Shown: positions 38,316 through 48,630 of the stretch, piece after piece
Layout: every line of letters begins with the position of its first letter
Numbering within the stretch: position 1 is the stretch's first letter
Sequence record: DRR723986_1437
Direction: 5' to 3' (one strand)
DNA length: 64,000 bases
The notes under the pieces: generated by a model
The model's database searches: none
Seen by the model: the letters and a program-made list of their open reading frames with translations, nothing else
Told to the model about the DNA's origin: nothing
Translations under genes and position numbers: made by a program

Positions 38316-38494
38316 AATCGGGTATGCTCACGCAACGCCTGACTTGGGCGAACCGCGAAGCAAGGTTCACCAACGCCCTCCAAGGTGGAAAATAATTGAT
38401 TTTCAGTGCACACTAAGCGAAGTTAGGCTCAAATCACCTCGCACTTGGTTGTGTACTGCCATACAAAACCAACCTCCCTAGATGGAGCAAGCAA

Positions 38495-38959
38495 ATGGAC
38501 CTCAGAAAGCTTAAAACATTGATCGACCTGGTCGCCGAATCTGACATTTCCGAACTGGAAGTGACTGAGGGTGAAGGCAAGGTACGAATCGTTAAAAGCC
38601 AGCCCCAATACACCATGGCCATGCCGCAGCAAATGGTGCAGCAAGCCCCGGTAGCTGCCCCAGCGGTGGCTGCAACCGCAGCGCCTGCAGCCGCCGCCGA
38701 AGCACCTACTGCTCCAGCCGAAGCTGGCCACAAGGTTACCTCTCCGATGGTGGGCACCTTCTACCGCGCGCCCAGCCCTGGTGCCTCCAATTTCGTTGAA
38801 ATTGGCAGCACAGTCAAAGAAGGCCAAACCATCTGCATTATTGAAGCCATGAAATTGCTCAACGAAATTGAGTGCGACAAATCTGGCGTGGTGAAGGCCA
38901 TTTTGGTCGAAAACGGTCAACCTGTGGAGTTTGGTCAAGCTCTGTTCGTCATTGAATAA
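38495..38959 (+). CDS. accB: Biotin carboxyl carrier protein
   Basis: [25 protein letters not shown]. Confidence 0.96.
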   Translation: MDLRKLKTLIDLVAESDISELEVTEGEGKVRIVKSQPQYTMAMPQQMVQQAPVAAPAVAATAAPAAAAEAPTAPAEAGHKVTSPMVGTFYRAPSPGASNFVEIGSTVKEGQTICIIEAMKLLNEIECDKSGVVKAILVENGQPVEFGQALFVIE

Positions 38960-38974
38960 AGCGGGAGCTGCACC

Positions 38975-40324
38975 ATGTTTGGAAAAATATTAATCGCCAA
39001 CCGCGGCGAAATAGCCCTGCGCATTCTGCGCGCCTGTAAGGAAATGGGCATCAAAACCGTGGCGGTGTACTCCACCGCAGACGTCGACGCCAAGTATGTG
39101 AAACTGGCCGATGAATCGGTGTGCATCGGCCCACCGAGCTCCAAAGACAGTTACCTGAACATTCCAGCCATTATCAGCGCCGCCGAAGTTACTGATTCTG
39201 AGGCCATTCACCCCGGCTACGGCTTTCTTTCCGAGAACGCCAACTTTGCCGACCGTGTTGAAAAGAGCGGCTTTGTGTTCATCGGTCCGCGCGCTGAGTC
39301 CATCTTGCTGATGGGCGACAAAGTGTCAGCCAAGCGAGCCATGATTGCAGCTGGCGTGCCCTGCGTACCGGGCTCTGAGGGAGAATTGCCCGACGATCCC
39401 CGTGAAATCGTGAAAATTGCACGCCAAGTGGGTTATCCGGTCATCATCAAAGCCGCTGGCGGCGGCGGCGGTCGGGGCATGCGAGTAGTACACACCGAAG
39501 CCGCACTTTTGAATGCTGTAACCATGACCAAAACCGAGGCCGGGTCTGCATTCAACAATCCCGCGGTTTACATGGAAAAGTTCCTTGAGAACCCTCGCCA
39601 CATTGAAATTCAGGTATTGGCAGACGAACACAAAAACGCAGTATGGCTGGGTGAGCGCGATTGCTCCATGCAGCGCCGTCACCAAAAGGTGATTGAAGAA
39701 GCGCCGGCACCGAACATTCCACGTCGGCTGATAGAGCGCATCGGTGAACGCTGCGCGGAAGCTTGCCGCAAAATTGGGTATCGCGGTGCGGGCACATTCG
39801 AGTTCCTGTACGAAAACGGCGAGTTCTACTTCATCGAAATGAACACCCGTGTGCAGGTTGAACACCCTGTTACAGAGATGATCACCGGCGTGGACATTGT
39901 GCAGGAACAGATTCGTATTGCTGCCGGGCAAAAGCTGCGTTTCCGCCAACGTGACATTGAATTCCGCGGCCACGCCATTGAGTGCCGAATCAACGCGGAA
40001 GATCCATTCAAGTTTGTGCCCTCACCCGGCCCAATCAAAAACTGGCATGCACCGGGTGGCCCTGGAGTGCGCGTGGATTCCCATGTGTACAGCGGTTACA
40101 ACGTGCCTCCTCACTACGATTCCATGATCGCCAAGGTGATCACCTACGGCGAGGATCGCAAGCAGGCCATGGCCCGCATGCGCCAGGCGCTTGCCGAACT
40201 GGTGGTCGACGGCATCAAAACCAACACAGCCTTGCACCGTGAATTGATGGAAGACGCCCGCTTCGTTGAGGGTGGCACCAGCATTCACTACCTTGAGCAC
40301 AAACTGGAAGCACGTTTCAAGTAA
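38975..40324 (+). CDS. accC: Biotin carboxylase
   Basis: [35 protein letters not shown]. Confidence 0.96.
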   Translation: MFGKILIANRGEIALRILRACKEMGIKTVAVYSTADVDAKYVKLADESVCIGPPSSKDSYLNIPAIISAAEVTDSEAIHPGYGFLSENANFADRVEKSGFVFIGPRAESILLMGDKVSAKRAMIAAGVPCVPGSEGELPDDPREIVKIARQVGYPVIIKAAGGGGGRGMRVVHTEAALLNAVTMTKTEAGSAFNNPAVYMEKFLENPRHIEIQVLADEHKNAVWLGERDCSMQRRHQKVIEEAPAPNIPRRLIERIGERCAEACRKIGYRGAGTFEFLYENGEFYFIEMNTRVQVEHPVTEMITGVDIVQEQIRIAAGQKLRFRQRDIEFRGHAIECRINAEDPFKFVPSPGPIKNWHAPGGPGVRVDSHVYSGYNVPPHYDSMIAKVITYGEDRKQAMARMRQALAELVVDGIKTNTALHRELMEDARFVEGGTSIHYLEHKLEARFK

Positions 40325-41239
40325 ATGAACCCACAGGCCACTCCACTGATACAAGCCAAACTGACCCTGCCTTTTGAGCAAGCCGATGAAGTCTCCGACC
40401 TGCTCATGGAGTTGGGGGCCCTGGCGGTCAGCCTGGAAGATGCCAATGCCGACAGCGAAGACGAACAACCCTTGTTCGGCGAGCCCGGCATGGAACCAGA
40501 ATCAGCGGCGTGGAATTTGAACCATGTGGTGGCCCTGTTTCGCAACAAGGCCGAAGGTGAGCAAATTTTCGGTGAAGTTCCAGCTGAATTGCTGGGCGAC
40601 GCTCAGGTTGATTACACGGAAGTGCCCCAAGAGGACTGGGTTCGCCTGACCCAGTCCCAATTCGATCCCATTCCCATTTCAGCTCGCTTGTGGATTGTGC
40701 CCTCCTGGCACGAGCCCCAAGACATCGACGATCGAATCAATCTGGTGCTCGATCCTGGCTTGGCTTTTGGCACAGGTTCACACCCCACGACCGCCCTTTG
40801 CCTTCGCTGGCTCAGCGAGTTTCCGCTCAAGGGGCAAAGTGTTCTGGATTACGGCTGCGGTTCGGGTATTTTGGGGATTGCTGCACTTAAATTGGGCGCC
40901 TCTGAGGCCATTGGCGTGGACATCGACCCACAGGCGGTCGACAGCACCGCTTACAATGCCCTCAACAACGGGGTAGAAATGCCCTGCGGTTTGCCCGATT
41001 TCCCGCTCGCCAAACGTCAGTTTCCGGTAGTGGTCGCCAACATTTTGTCAAACCCGCTGAAAGTTTTGGCGCCGTCGTTGTGCAACCATGTTGAAGCGGG
41101 CGGGCAATTGGTGCTGTCTGGGGTATTGGCACGTCAGGCCGAAGAAGTGATTGCCCACTACCGTCAATGGATCAATTTGGCAGTGTGGGCCGAGCGTGAC
41201 GGTTGGGTTTGCCTGCATGGCCAAAAAGCAACTGACTGA
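40325..41239 (+). CDS. prmA: Ribosomal protein L11 methyltransferase
   Basis: DPGLAFGTGSHPTT, LDYGCGSGIL, VANIL. Confidence 0.95.
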   Translation: MNPQATPLIQAKLTLPFEQADEVSDLLMELGALAVSLEDANADSEDEQPLFGEPGMEPESAAWNLNHVVALFRNKAEGEQIFGEVPAELLGDAQVDYTEVPQEDWVRLTQSQFDPIPISARLWIVPSWHEPQDIDDRINLVLDPGLAFGTGSHPTTALCLRWLSEFPLKGQSVLDYGCGSGILGIAALKLGASEAIGVDIDPQAVDSTAYNALNNGVEMPCGLPDFPLAKRQFPVVVANILSNPLKVLAPSLCNHVEAGGQLVLSGVLARQAEEVIAHYRQWINLAVWAERDGWVCLHGQKATD

Positions 41240-41336
41240 TTCAGCAATTGATTCAGCAAACTAGCAGGCAACCAAATGGCCAACGAATTGGTCAGGTTAC
41301 AGCCCAGCGCTTGACGGGCAAGGTTAAACTAGCACC

Positions 41337-42149
41337 ATGAGCCTTGCCACCCGCTGCCCGAACTGCAACACCCTATTCAAAGTCACCTCTGGCCAACTGC
41401 AAATGCATGAAGGCAAGGTGCGCTGCGGCAATTGTCAAACCGTGTTCTCCGGCATTGAACACCTTACTTCGGCCGACACTGAGGCCTGGCAAAAGCTCGA
41501 CTTAAGCCCGAGACAAACAGACAGCAACTATATCAGCGACCACAACTTGACCGGTGGCGACGGCACGGGCTCCGAAGCACTGTTCGCTGACTCTGCGCCC
41601 AACAAGCCGCTGCTGAATTTCAATGTAGGCAGCCCGAGTTTGAAAGTGGCCTGTGTTGCGCTGCTGCTGACGCTTGGCCTTCAGGCACTGTGGTGGCAGC
41701 GCGTCAGCCTGCTGCAACAAACCCCCGAGATCGCCAAATACATCAACAGCGCCGGCCCCACCCTTCAGGGACTATTTGCAAGCTCGGCCACTCAGGCCCT
41801 GCGTGTTGAGGGCAGTGGCCTTCAAGCCCTGGACGAGCACAACTTGCGAGTGGACCTAACCTTGCACAATCAGCTTGTGCTGCCAGCCCGTTGGCCTTAC
41901 CTGAAAGTTGAACTGCTCGACCCACAAGGATTGGTACTGGCCAGCAAGTCCTTGAGCCCCAGCGATTACCAACTGCGGGATGAAAATGCAGCCAGTCAAG
42001 CCCCCTTGATCCCCGGCAAAAAAACCGTGGAAGTACTGGCATACTTGAACCTGAGTACTTTGAACACGCAACTCCCCGAAAGCGCGGCAACCGGCTTTCG
42101 ACTCGAATTATTTGACCAAGGCCCAAGCGAACAAAAATCGCCAAGCTAA
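41337..42149 (+). CDS. Zinc-ribbon/DUF3426 membrane protein
   Basis: N-terminal CPNC...CGNC zinc ribbon, central TM; follows prmA. Confidence 0.8.
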   Translation: MSLATRCPNCNTLFKVTSGQLQMHEGKVRCGNCQTVFSGIEHLTSADTEAWQKLDLSPRQTDSNYISDHNLTGGDGTGSEALFADSAPNKPLLNFNVGSPSLKVACVALLLTLGLQALWWQRVSLLQQTPEIAKYINSAGPTLQGLFASSATQALRVEGSGLQALDEHNLRVDLTLHNQLVLPARWPYLKVELLDPQGLVLASKSLSPSDYQLRDENAASQAPLIPGKKTVEVLAYLNLSTLNTQLPESAATGFRLELFDQGPSEQKSPS

Positions 42150-42174
42150 TTTTTTAATACTGGACCTTTTCACC

Positions 42175-43131
42175 ATGAATTCCTCAACCAACACCAAACG
42201 CGTTCTAATTTGCGGCTCTATTGCATTTGACACCATCATGGTGTTTGAAGGGCGCTTCAAAGATCAAATTCTGCCCGACCAAGTACACATCCTGAACGTG
42301 GCATTTCTGGTTCCAACCCTTCGCAAAGACTGGGGTGGCTGTGCAGGCAATATCGCTTACAGCTTGAACATGCTGGGCGGCAAACCTGTACCCATGGCCA
42401 CGATTGGACATGATGCCGGTGGATACTTTCAGCGCCTGCAAACATTGGGCATCGAAACCAATTGCCTGAAACAGATTTCCGAAGAATTTACTGCACAGGC
42501 CTTTATTACCACCGATCTGGACGACAACCAGATCACTGCATTTCACCCTGGTGCAATGAGCCATTCTCATTTGAACAAGGTGAGCGATGCGGGGGAACTG
42601 GTATTGGGTATCATCGCGCCAGATGGCCGCGACGGCATGATGCAACACGCCGAGCAATTTGCAGCTGCGGGCATTCCGTTTGTATTTGATCCGGGCCAGG
42701 GCCTGCCCATGTTCGGCAAACCCGAACTTGACCGGTTTTTGGAACTTGCCACCTACGCTGCTGTCAATGATTATGAGGCCAAGATGTTGTGTGACCGAAC
42801 TGGGCTCACGCTGGAGCAGATCGCTCAGAAGCTGGAAGCACTCGTGGTGACTCGTGGTGCGGAAGGCAGCTGGGTGTTTACACAGGGTCAACGGCACGAC
42901 ATACCGTGCGTTAAAGCAGAACGCATCGCCGACCCCACAGGTTGCGGTGATGCTTACCGCGGCGGCCTGCTCTACGGTCTTACGGAAGGCATGGGTATCG
43001 TAAAAGCGGCCAAGCTGGCGAGTTTGATGGGCTCTTTGAAGATTGCAGTGAAAGGCCCTCAAACCTACCAGTACAGTCGGGAAGAAATTGCGTCCAGGTT
43101 CACTGCCGCTTTTGGCGAACAACCCTGGTAA
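42175..43131 (+). CDS. PfkB carbohydrate kinase (adenosine kinase-like)
   Basis: GSIAFDTIM, GGCAGNIAY, DPTGCGDAYR. Confidence 0.88.
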   Translation: MNSSTNTKRVLICGSIAFDTIMVFEGRFKDQILPDQVHILNVAFLVPTLRKDWGGCAGNIAYSLNMLGGKPVPMATIGHDAGGYFQRLQTLGIETNCLKQISEEFTAQAFITTDLDDNQITAFHPGAMSHSHLNKVSDAGELVLGIIAPDGRDGMMQHAEQFAAAGIPFVFDPGQGLPMFGKPELDRFLELATYAAVNDYEAKMLCDRTGLTLEQIAQKLEALVVTRGAEGSWVFTQGQRHDIPCVKAERIADPTGCGDAYRGGLLYGLTEGMGIVKAAKLASLMGSLKIAVKGPQTYQYSREEIASRFTAAFGEQPW

Positions 43132-43150
43132 TTTGAAAGGAAATCAAATC

Positions 43151-43630
43151 ATGGCCAAGTCAATTCAATTCAGTTTTAGAAGCACCGGCGCAGTGGCCCT
43201 GATTGCGCTTTCTGCGCTTGCAGGTTGTGCTACGCAAAGCAGCTCGGGGCAAGTGTACCGAGAAGGCGAAACCCGTCGTGCACAAATTATTGAGCAAGGC
43301 ACAGTTGAAAGCGTGCGCACAGTGACCATTCAAGGCGACACCAACGGCGTGGGCACTGCGGCCGGCGGTATTGTCGGTGGTATCGCGGGCAGTAATGTCG
43401 GTGGTGGCAGTGGTCGTGCCGTAGGTGCGGTTTTGGGTGCAGTGGCAGGCGGTATCGCTGGTCAAGCCATTGAGCGCAACGCGTCAACTCGCCAGGGGCT
43501 TGAAATCACCGTTCGCATGGACAACGGCACCTTGCGTGCTTATGTTCAAGATGCGGCGGGTGAAGACTTCCGCCCAGGCGACCGCGTACGAATCGTCAGT
43601 GGCGGCGGCACTTCTCGCGTGACACGCTGA
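43151..43630 (+). CDS. Glycine-zipper outer membrane lipoprotein (SlyB/Pcp-like)
   Basis: LAGC lipobox; GxxxG zipper. Confidence 0.85.
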   Translation: MAKSIQFSFRSTGAVALIALSALAGCATQSSSGQVYREGETRRAQIIEQGTVESVRTVTIQGDTNGVGTAAGGIVGGIAGSNVGGGSGRAVGAVLGAVAGGIAGQAIERNASTRQGLEITVRMDNGTLRAYVQDAAGEDFRPGDRVRIVSGGGTSRVTR

Positions 43631-43655
43631 GTTGCAACCAGCACAAAGCACCATG

Positions 43656-43687
43656 AAAAAGAGCACCGTTGGAGGTGCTCTTTTTTT
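43656..43687. terminator. Bidirectional intrinsic terminator
   Basis: aaaaagagcacc-gttgga-ggtgctcttttttt between convergent genes. Confidence 0.85.
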
Positions 43688-43711
43688 ATTTCAACTCAAT
43701 TAATCAATCAA

Positions 43712-44281
43712 TCAAAAACCCGGCATCAGGCTTTGCAGCACCATCATCACGATCTGCAAAATGAGGAAGAACACCAAAGGCGATAAATCCACATTGCCAA
43801 TGGTGGGCAACACCCTGCGCAGCGGCTCCAGAAAAGGACGCGACAATTCATTCAAAATGGATGCGATTGGCGAGAACGGATTCACCCAGCTCAAGATCAC
43901 CTGAATCAGTACGATGCCCATCAGCAGGTAAGCCACATTGCGCAGCACCCAGAAAATGGCAATCGGGATGGTCAACGTAATCAGCGAACCAAAACCCGGG
44001 CCTCCGCTGGAAAGCCCAACCGTCAACAGAACCAACACGATGTGCAACGCGAACGACACAACAAAAGCGCCGAATATTGACGCCCAGTCAATGCCACCAT
44101 AGCCCGGCACACCCTTGCGCAGGGGCTTCACGAGCCAGTCTGTCATGGAAAAAATAAAAGGTGACAGGGGGTTGCTGGGGTGTATACGCACCCACTGCAT
44201 CAACGCACGCAGCAACAGGCAGAAAGTCAGCAGGCTGGCGGCTGTTTCCAGCAGTAGGCGCAAAATATCAATTAGAAGCAT
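43712..44281 (-). CDS. yggT: YggT family membrane protein
   Basis: Two YGGT repeats (TDWLVKPLRK...GIDW; PFLEPLRR...VDLSP). Confidence 0.88.
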   Translation of the reverse strand: MLLIDILRLLLETAASLLTFCLLLRALMQWVRIHPSNPLSPFIFSMTDWLVKPLRKGVPGYGGIDWASIFGAFVVSFALHIVLVLLTVGLSSGGPGFGSLITLTIPIAIFWVLRNVAYLLMGIVLIQVILSWVNPFSPIASILNELSRPFLEPLRRVLPTIGNVDLSPLVFFLILQIVMMVLQSLMPGF

Positions 44282-44299
44282 GGTGAAGCGTTCAGCAAG

Positions 44300-44626
44300 T
44301 TAAGGTCGTGAGCCAGTTGGAAATGGCCAGGTAGTTGTGGCGCCCTTTAACTTCCGGGGCTTGGCGGCTCCCGACCTGCGACGGCGCGCCGGCTTGCTCG
44401 GGGTGAGCAAAGCCAAAGGCGTAACCTCTGAAGGAGAAAGCGCCGTTTTGGAAGGTTTGCGGGTTGTAGCCACTGGGCGCGCGGCTTTGCTTTCAGCGGG
44501 CTGCTCTTCCACCGACTTGACCACGGGCTTGGCGGTCGGCTTGCTGGTCGACCTGGAAGATGACTGTGCAGCGACCTTGGCGGCTGTTTTGCTGGTTTCC
44601 TCGGTTGCTCGCTTGGTTGCAGGCAT
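44300..44626 (-). CDS. Basic K/A/P/T-rich histone-H1-like protein
   Basis: 108 aa low-complexity basic protein ending WPFPTGSRP, as in Burkholderiales H1-like proteins; AAGGAG RBS. Confidence 0.65.
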   Translation of the reverse strand: MPATKRATEETSKTAAKVAAQSSSRSTSKPTAKPVVKSVEEQPAESKAARPVATTRKPSKTALSPSEVTPLALLTPSKPARRRRSGAAKPRKLKGATTTWPFPTGSRP

Positions 44627-44725
44627 TCAGGAACTCCTTTCAATTCTTCAAAGACAGCCGTACAGTTTAACGATATGACCTTGAATATTCAAGAAATATG
44701 ACTCTGATCCACTGAGGAAAAGCCC

Positions 44726-44971
44726 ATGAGCCAAGTGCAAGAACAACCACACAGCGTGAAAGCAGGCGAACGCTATCGTCACTACAAAGGCGGCCTGTAT
44801 GAAATCATCTGCCAGGCCATTCAAGAAAGCGACCTGAGCCCGGTGGTGGTGTACCGCCCTCTGAGCGGCGACACCCACACAGCCTGGACACGCCCCATGA
44901 GTGTATTTTTTGAAATGGTACATGTGGGTGAGCGCATGACCCAGCGTTTTACGAGAGTAGACGGTGACTGA
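44726..44971 (+). CDS. DUF1653 domain protein
   Basis: YRHYKGGLY, VVYRPL, WTRP..F, RF. Confidence 0.8.
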   Translation: MSQVQEQPHSVKAGERYRHYKGGLYEIICQAIQESDLSPVVVYRPLSGDTHTAWTRPMSVFFEMVHVGERMTQRFTRVDGD

Positions 44972-44981
44972 ATACGGAGGG

Positions 44982-45010
44982 TTGTCACCCTGCGTTTAAA
45001 GTTTTATACT
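44982..45010 (+). promoter_or_regulatory. sigma70 promoter for the small RNA
   Basis: TTGTCA-N17-TATACT. Confidence 0.7.
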
Positions 45011-45016
45011 TCGCAC

Positions 45017-45081
45017 AAGTGGATTGGGGGTTCCCGGTCGGCGTCACAGCCTCGGTGGGTGTCATCGGGGCTTTTCGCTTT
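45017..45081 (+). ncRNA. Structured small RNA convergent with the DUF3800 gene (DUF3800-associated RNA motif candidate)
   Basis: Bulged stem GTG[GATTGGG-GGTT-CCCGGTC]GGCGT-CAC, then hairpin AGCCTCGGTG-GGTGT-CATCGGGGCT and TTTCGCTTT; own promoter upstream. Confidence 0.7.
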
Positions 45082-45952
45082 CTGGGGCCGGGTAAATTTT
45101 CAGGCCCCATCCTTCAAAACCGACTCCAACTTTATTTCTTCCTCCACTACAAAAAAATTTACTTTTCAGCAACTCAAAAGCCCTGTTCTTTTGATCGGGT
45201 TTCAGTACGCCCAAACCAATCGGTCTGGCGACCAGATCGGCCAACTGCAGCCCCGCGGAATTTACACGCTTGTCTGCAAAAACTATCTCAAAAGGCATCT
45301 TCAACTCAAGTCGATTGAAACCATCGCAAATTCGCCGAAACTCGAGCTCTAGCTGGGTATCCTCTTTTTTGCCACGGCACTCCACAACCAGATGGGTTTG
45401 AAGATGAAACTGGTTTTTTTCCATTAAAAACTCGGCGAGGGTCTCCAGACAAAAACTTAACGCGAGATGATAAGGATTGTCTGTTGCTGCGCTTTGATTC
45501 AGCAGGCGGTCTTTTCGAATTACGCAACTGATCAACACAAAATTATTGATTGTGATCAAGCGACTCAAGTCTTCAATGAACCTGAGCTTTGCCTCACGAT
45601 TTGAAAACTTGAATGGCCCAGATTCCTTCCGAATCTCGAGTTCGTGCAACACCACCAAGTCATGCCCGAATTGTCGAAACTTGAACTCTTGAAGGGCAGG
45701 TACCACTTTTTGGCAATAATGCTTTTTGTGAAAAACACAAAAAGCCAATGCAAACACTGGATAATTTTGATCCACGGTTTTTAAACCGTGATCGCCGCTT
45801 TCGTCGACATAGACGATGAAATCGCTGAACCTGTTTGATACCGCTTCCCTGCTTTCAAACAGTTCGAGCTGCTGACAACCTGAACCCAAGGGAGCCACCT
45901 GATTAAAAGAGCTCAGGTTACCGAAAAGGCTCTTAAGGGTACAAAGACACAC
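45062..45952 (-). CDS. DUF3800 domain protein
   Basis: IVYVDESGDH, YPVFALAFC, LHELEIRK, GLQLADLVARPIG; AT-richer; true start uncertain. Confidence 0.8.
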   Translation of the reverse strand: MCLCTLKSLFGNLSSFNQVAPLGSGCQQLELFESREAVSNRFSDFIVYVDESGDHGLKTVDQNYPVFALAFCVFHKKHYCQKVVPALQEFKFRQFGHDLVVLHELEIRKESGPFKFSNREAKLRFIEDLSRLITINNFVLISCVIRKDRLLNQSAATDNPYHLALSFCLETLAEFLMEKNQFHLQTHLVVECRGKKEDTQLELEFRRICDGFNRLELKMPFEIVFADKRVNSAGLQLADLVARPIGLGVLKPDQKNRAFELLKSKFFCSGGRNKVGVGFEGWGLKIYPAPESEKPR

Positions 45953-45992
45953 TCCGATGAGGTAGCTGAGCTACCCCATATCTTTCCTATAT

Positions 45993-47498
45993 TCAAGCCA
46001 CTGCCTTCAACTTCGGCTTGGCCCTGCCCCCCGCCTTTGCAGGTTCAAACACCAAACCGGGTTCATCCACTGGGTCTTCCAGCAAGGTTTTGGTGTCATG
46101 GTAGTAGTCTTGCCGGTTGTGCCAAGGGTGAGTTTCCCCCTGGCGCGGCAACTGGTCAGCCACACGCTGCAGGTAACCCGAATTCAAGCCACCCAACACG
46201 GTGAATCCTTCCACAGGTTTCACATCGGCAGTTTTGGCCACCGCCACGGCGTGGCCATTTTTGTCCATGTAGTTCAGCAATCGGCACACAAAACCGCTCA
46301 CCAAATCTGATTTCAAAGTCCATGAAGCATGCGTGTAGCCTAGAACTACTGCGGCGTTCGGCAGGTCTTGAAGCATGGCGCTTTTGTAGAACATTTTTTC
46401 ACTCAGGTTGACCGCCTTGTCATCCAGTGAAATCTTCATGCCGCCTACCATTTGTACGTTCAAACCGGTGGCAGTCACGATAATGTCGGCCTCGAGAATC
46501 TCACCCGAGTTCAACTCGATGCCATTGGCTACAAACTGCTTGATGGTGTCTGTGGCCACACTGGCTTTACCACTTCTCAGGGCTTTGAAAAAATCACCAT
46601 CGGGCACCAGACACAGACGCTGATCCCATGGCATGTAGTTGGGTGTGAAGTGCTTGATGTCCACATTCGAACCCTTCAACTGCCTGCGCATCATGGCAAT
46701 CAAAAACCGCCGCACCACTTCCGGCTTGCTTTTGCTGGCCTTGAACATGAAGTGCGCCAAACCAATGGTACGCGTGCGGTTCAGCTTGTAGGCCAATTTG
46801 GAAGGCAGGGTTTTCTGAAGCACTTTGGTGAGCGCGTCCACGGAGGGCAATGAAAAAATATAAGACGGCGAACGCTGCAACATGGTGATGTGCTCAACCT
46901 TGTCAGCCATGCTGGGGATGAGCGTAACTGCAGTTGCACCGCTGCCAATCACCACCACTTTCTTGCCGGTGTAGTCCAGGTTTTCTGGCCAATGCTGTGG
47001 ATGAACAATCAAGCCTTTGAAGTTTTTCTCACCCGGAAAATCAGGGCGGTAGCCTTGGTCGTAATTGTAGTAACCCGCACAGGCCATCATGAATTTGGCG
47101 CGATACTGTTCGGGTTCGCCAGTCGCTTCATTCACCGCATTGATCACCCAACGCTGAGCCTCGCTGTCCCAATTGGCATCGCTTACCTTTCGCTGAAAGC
47201 GAATATGGTCGAATACCTTGTTTTCGGTGGCTGCTTCATGCACATAGCTGCGAATGTCATTGCCCTGAGAAAAGAAATGTGCATTTTTCCAGGGCTTGAA
47301 CTTGAAGCCGAAACTGAACATGTCGGAATCGGATCGGATACCGGGGTAACGGAACAGATCCCAAGTGCCACCAATGGTGGTGCGGCGCTCGAGGATGGTG
47401 AACTTTCGGTTGGGGCATTCCTTTTTCAAATGGCATGCAGCACTAATGCCTGACAAACCTGCGCCAATGATCAAAATGTCTTCGTCGAATATCGCCAT
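45993..47498 (-). CDS. Flavin monooxygenase, Baeyer-Villiger type (AlmA/EthA-like)
   Basis: GAGLSG, GGTWDLFRYPGIRSDSDM, FKGLIVHPQHWP fingerprint, GSGATA. Confidence 0.9.
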   Translation of the reverse strand: MAIFDEDILIIGAGLSGISAACHLKKECPNRKFTILERRTTIGGTWDLFRYPGIRSDSDMFSFGFKFKPWKNAHFFSQGNDIRSYVHEAATENKVFDHIRFQRKVSDANWDSEAQRWVINAVNEATGEPEQYRAKFMMACAGYYNYDQGYRPDFPGEKNFKGLIVHPQHWPENLDYTGKKVVVIGSGATAVTLIPSMADKVEHITMLQRSPSYIFSLPSVDALTKVLQKTLPSKLAYKLNRTRTIGLAHFMFKASKSKPEVVRRFLIAMMRRQLKGSNVDIKHFTPNYMPWDQRLCLVPDGDFFKALRSGKASVATDTIKQFVANGIELNSGEILEADIIVTATGLNVQMVGGMKISLDDKAVNLSEKMFYKSAMLQDLPNAAVVLGYTHASWTLKSDLVSGFVCRLLNYMDKNGHAVAVAKTADVKPVEGFTVLGGLNSGYLQRVADQLPRQGETHPWHNRQDYYHDTKTLLEDPVDEPGLVFEPAKAGGRAKPKLKAVA

Positions 47499-47677
47499 GG
47501 TGTCTCCGTGTGGTTTTTCTCTTTTTTTATTGTGCCGATTTTTTCAGACCTGAAAACAGCGTTTGCGAATACCCTCCAGATTTGTCCGAATTTATCAAGT
47601 GCATTGAAAACTCAGGGTAAACTGGCCAGCACTGGCAGTGCTATAAATACCCCATCCCACTTTCCAAGAGGAACACC

Positions 47678-48577
47678 ATGCCGTCCATTCAAGCCAAAGT
47701 GATGAACAAAATTGCGAGCATCGCCCTGAAAAGCTACCGGGGCAACGGTGCCGGTTTTGTGCGCAGGTTCCGCATGGTGACAGCCGCATCCAACCTTCTG
47801 GCGCCAGTTCCCAAAGGCTTGAAACACATCAAAGGCGCTTTGGGCGGCGTACCTGGCGAGTGGCTGATTCCCGTCAATCCCAAGGGTGCTCTGCTTTACA
47901 TTCACGGCGGAGGATTTGTGGCGGGTCACCCACCGATGTACCGCCCTTTTTGCGGTGCGCTGGCCAATGCGCTTGGATTTCGAGTGTTCATGCCTGATTA
48001 TCGCCTTGCGCCAGAAAACCCGTTTCCAGCGCCATTGGACGACTGCATTGCTGCCTTTGAAGCGCTGGTGGCCGACACAACCACTGGCGAGCCTATTTTC
48101 GTGGCAGGCGATTCCGCTGGCGGCAATTTGGGATTGGCAGTGCTGCAACATGCATTGAAGAAAAAGTTGCCCGCGCACGGCGGTCTGCTGATTTCGCCAG
48201 CCACCGACATGCGCCGCCTGTCACCTTCGATTGAAGGCAATGACAAAACCGACAGCATGTTGTCCTCCCACATGATTGAACATGCCGCCAACTTGTACAT
48301 GTGCGGCCATGACCCCGCCGATGAACGCGCATCGCCATTGCTGGGCAAGCTGAAAGGCCTGCCACCACTGATGGTGACTGCCAGTGAAGACGAGTGCTTG
48401 CTGGACGATTCTGTGTTACTACGCGATGCGGTAGAAAAAGTGGGCGGGCAAATCACCTTACTCACCCGCCCCGGCATGCCGCATATTTGGCCCACGATGA
48501 ACATCGCTTTGCCGGAGGCCAAAGAAGACCTCGTCAAAATCATTCGCTTTTTCTCGCCGCTGGTGAAGGGCATCTAA
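47678..48577 (+). CDS. Alpha/beta hydrolase (HSL-family esterase)
   Basis: HGGG, DYRLAPE, GDSAGG, GMPH. Confidence 0.9.
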   Translation: MPSIQAKVMNKIASIALKSYRGNGAGFVRRFRMVTAASNLLAPVPKGLKHIKGALGGVPGEWLIPVNPKGALLYIHGGGFVAGHPPMYRPFCGALANALGFRVFMPDYRLAPENPFPAPLDDCIAAFEALVADTTTGEPIFVAGDSAGGNLGLAVLQHALKKKLPAHGGLLISPATDMRRLSPSIEGNDKTDSMLSSHMIEHAANLYMCGHDPADERASPLLGKLKGLPPLMVTASEDECLLDDSVLLRDAVEKVGGQITLLTRPGMPHIWPTMNIALPEAKEDLVKIIRFFSPLVKGI

Positions 48578-48630
48578 AACAGCGCACTTGGCAGTACAAG
48601 GTGTTGGAGACACATTCAACACCAACAACA

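Noticed and set aside
41238-41260. gattcagcaa direct repeat x2
   Set aside because: Too short and only two copies; no functional support
45017-45081. tRNA or CRISPR repeat
   Set aside because: No cloverleaf, no TTC-containing T-arm in position and no CCA end; single copy; no spacer array
45059-45352. Plus-strand ORFs (45019-45318, 45059-45352) as targets of the 44982 promoter
   Set aside because: Antisense to DUF3800, non-ATG starts, interrupted by a terminator-like hairpin
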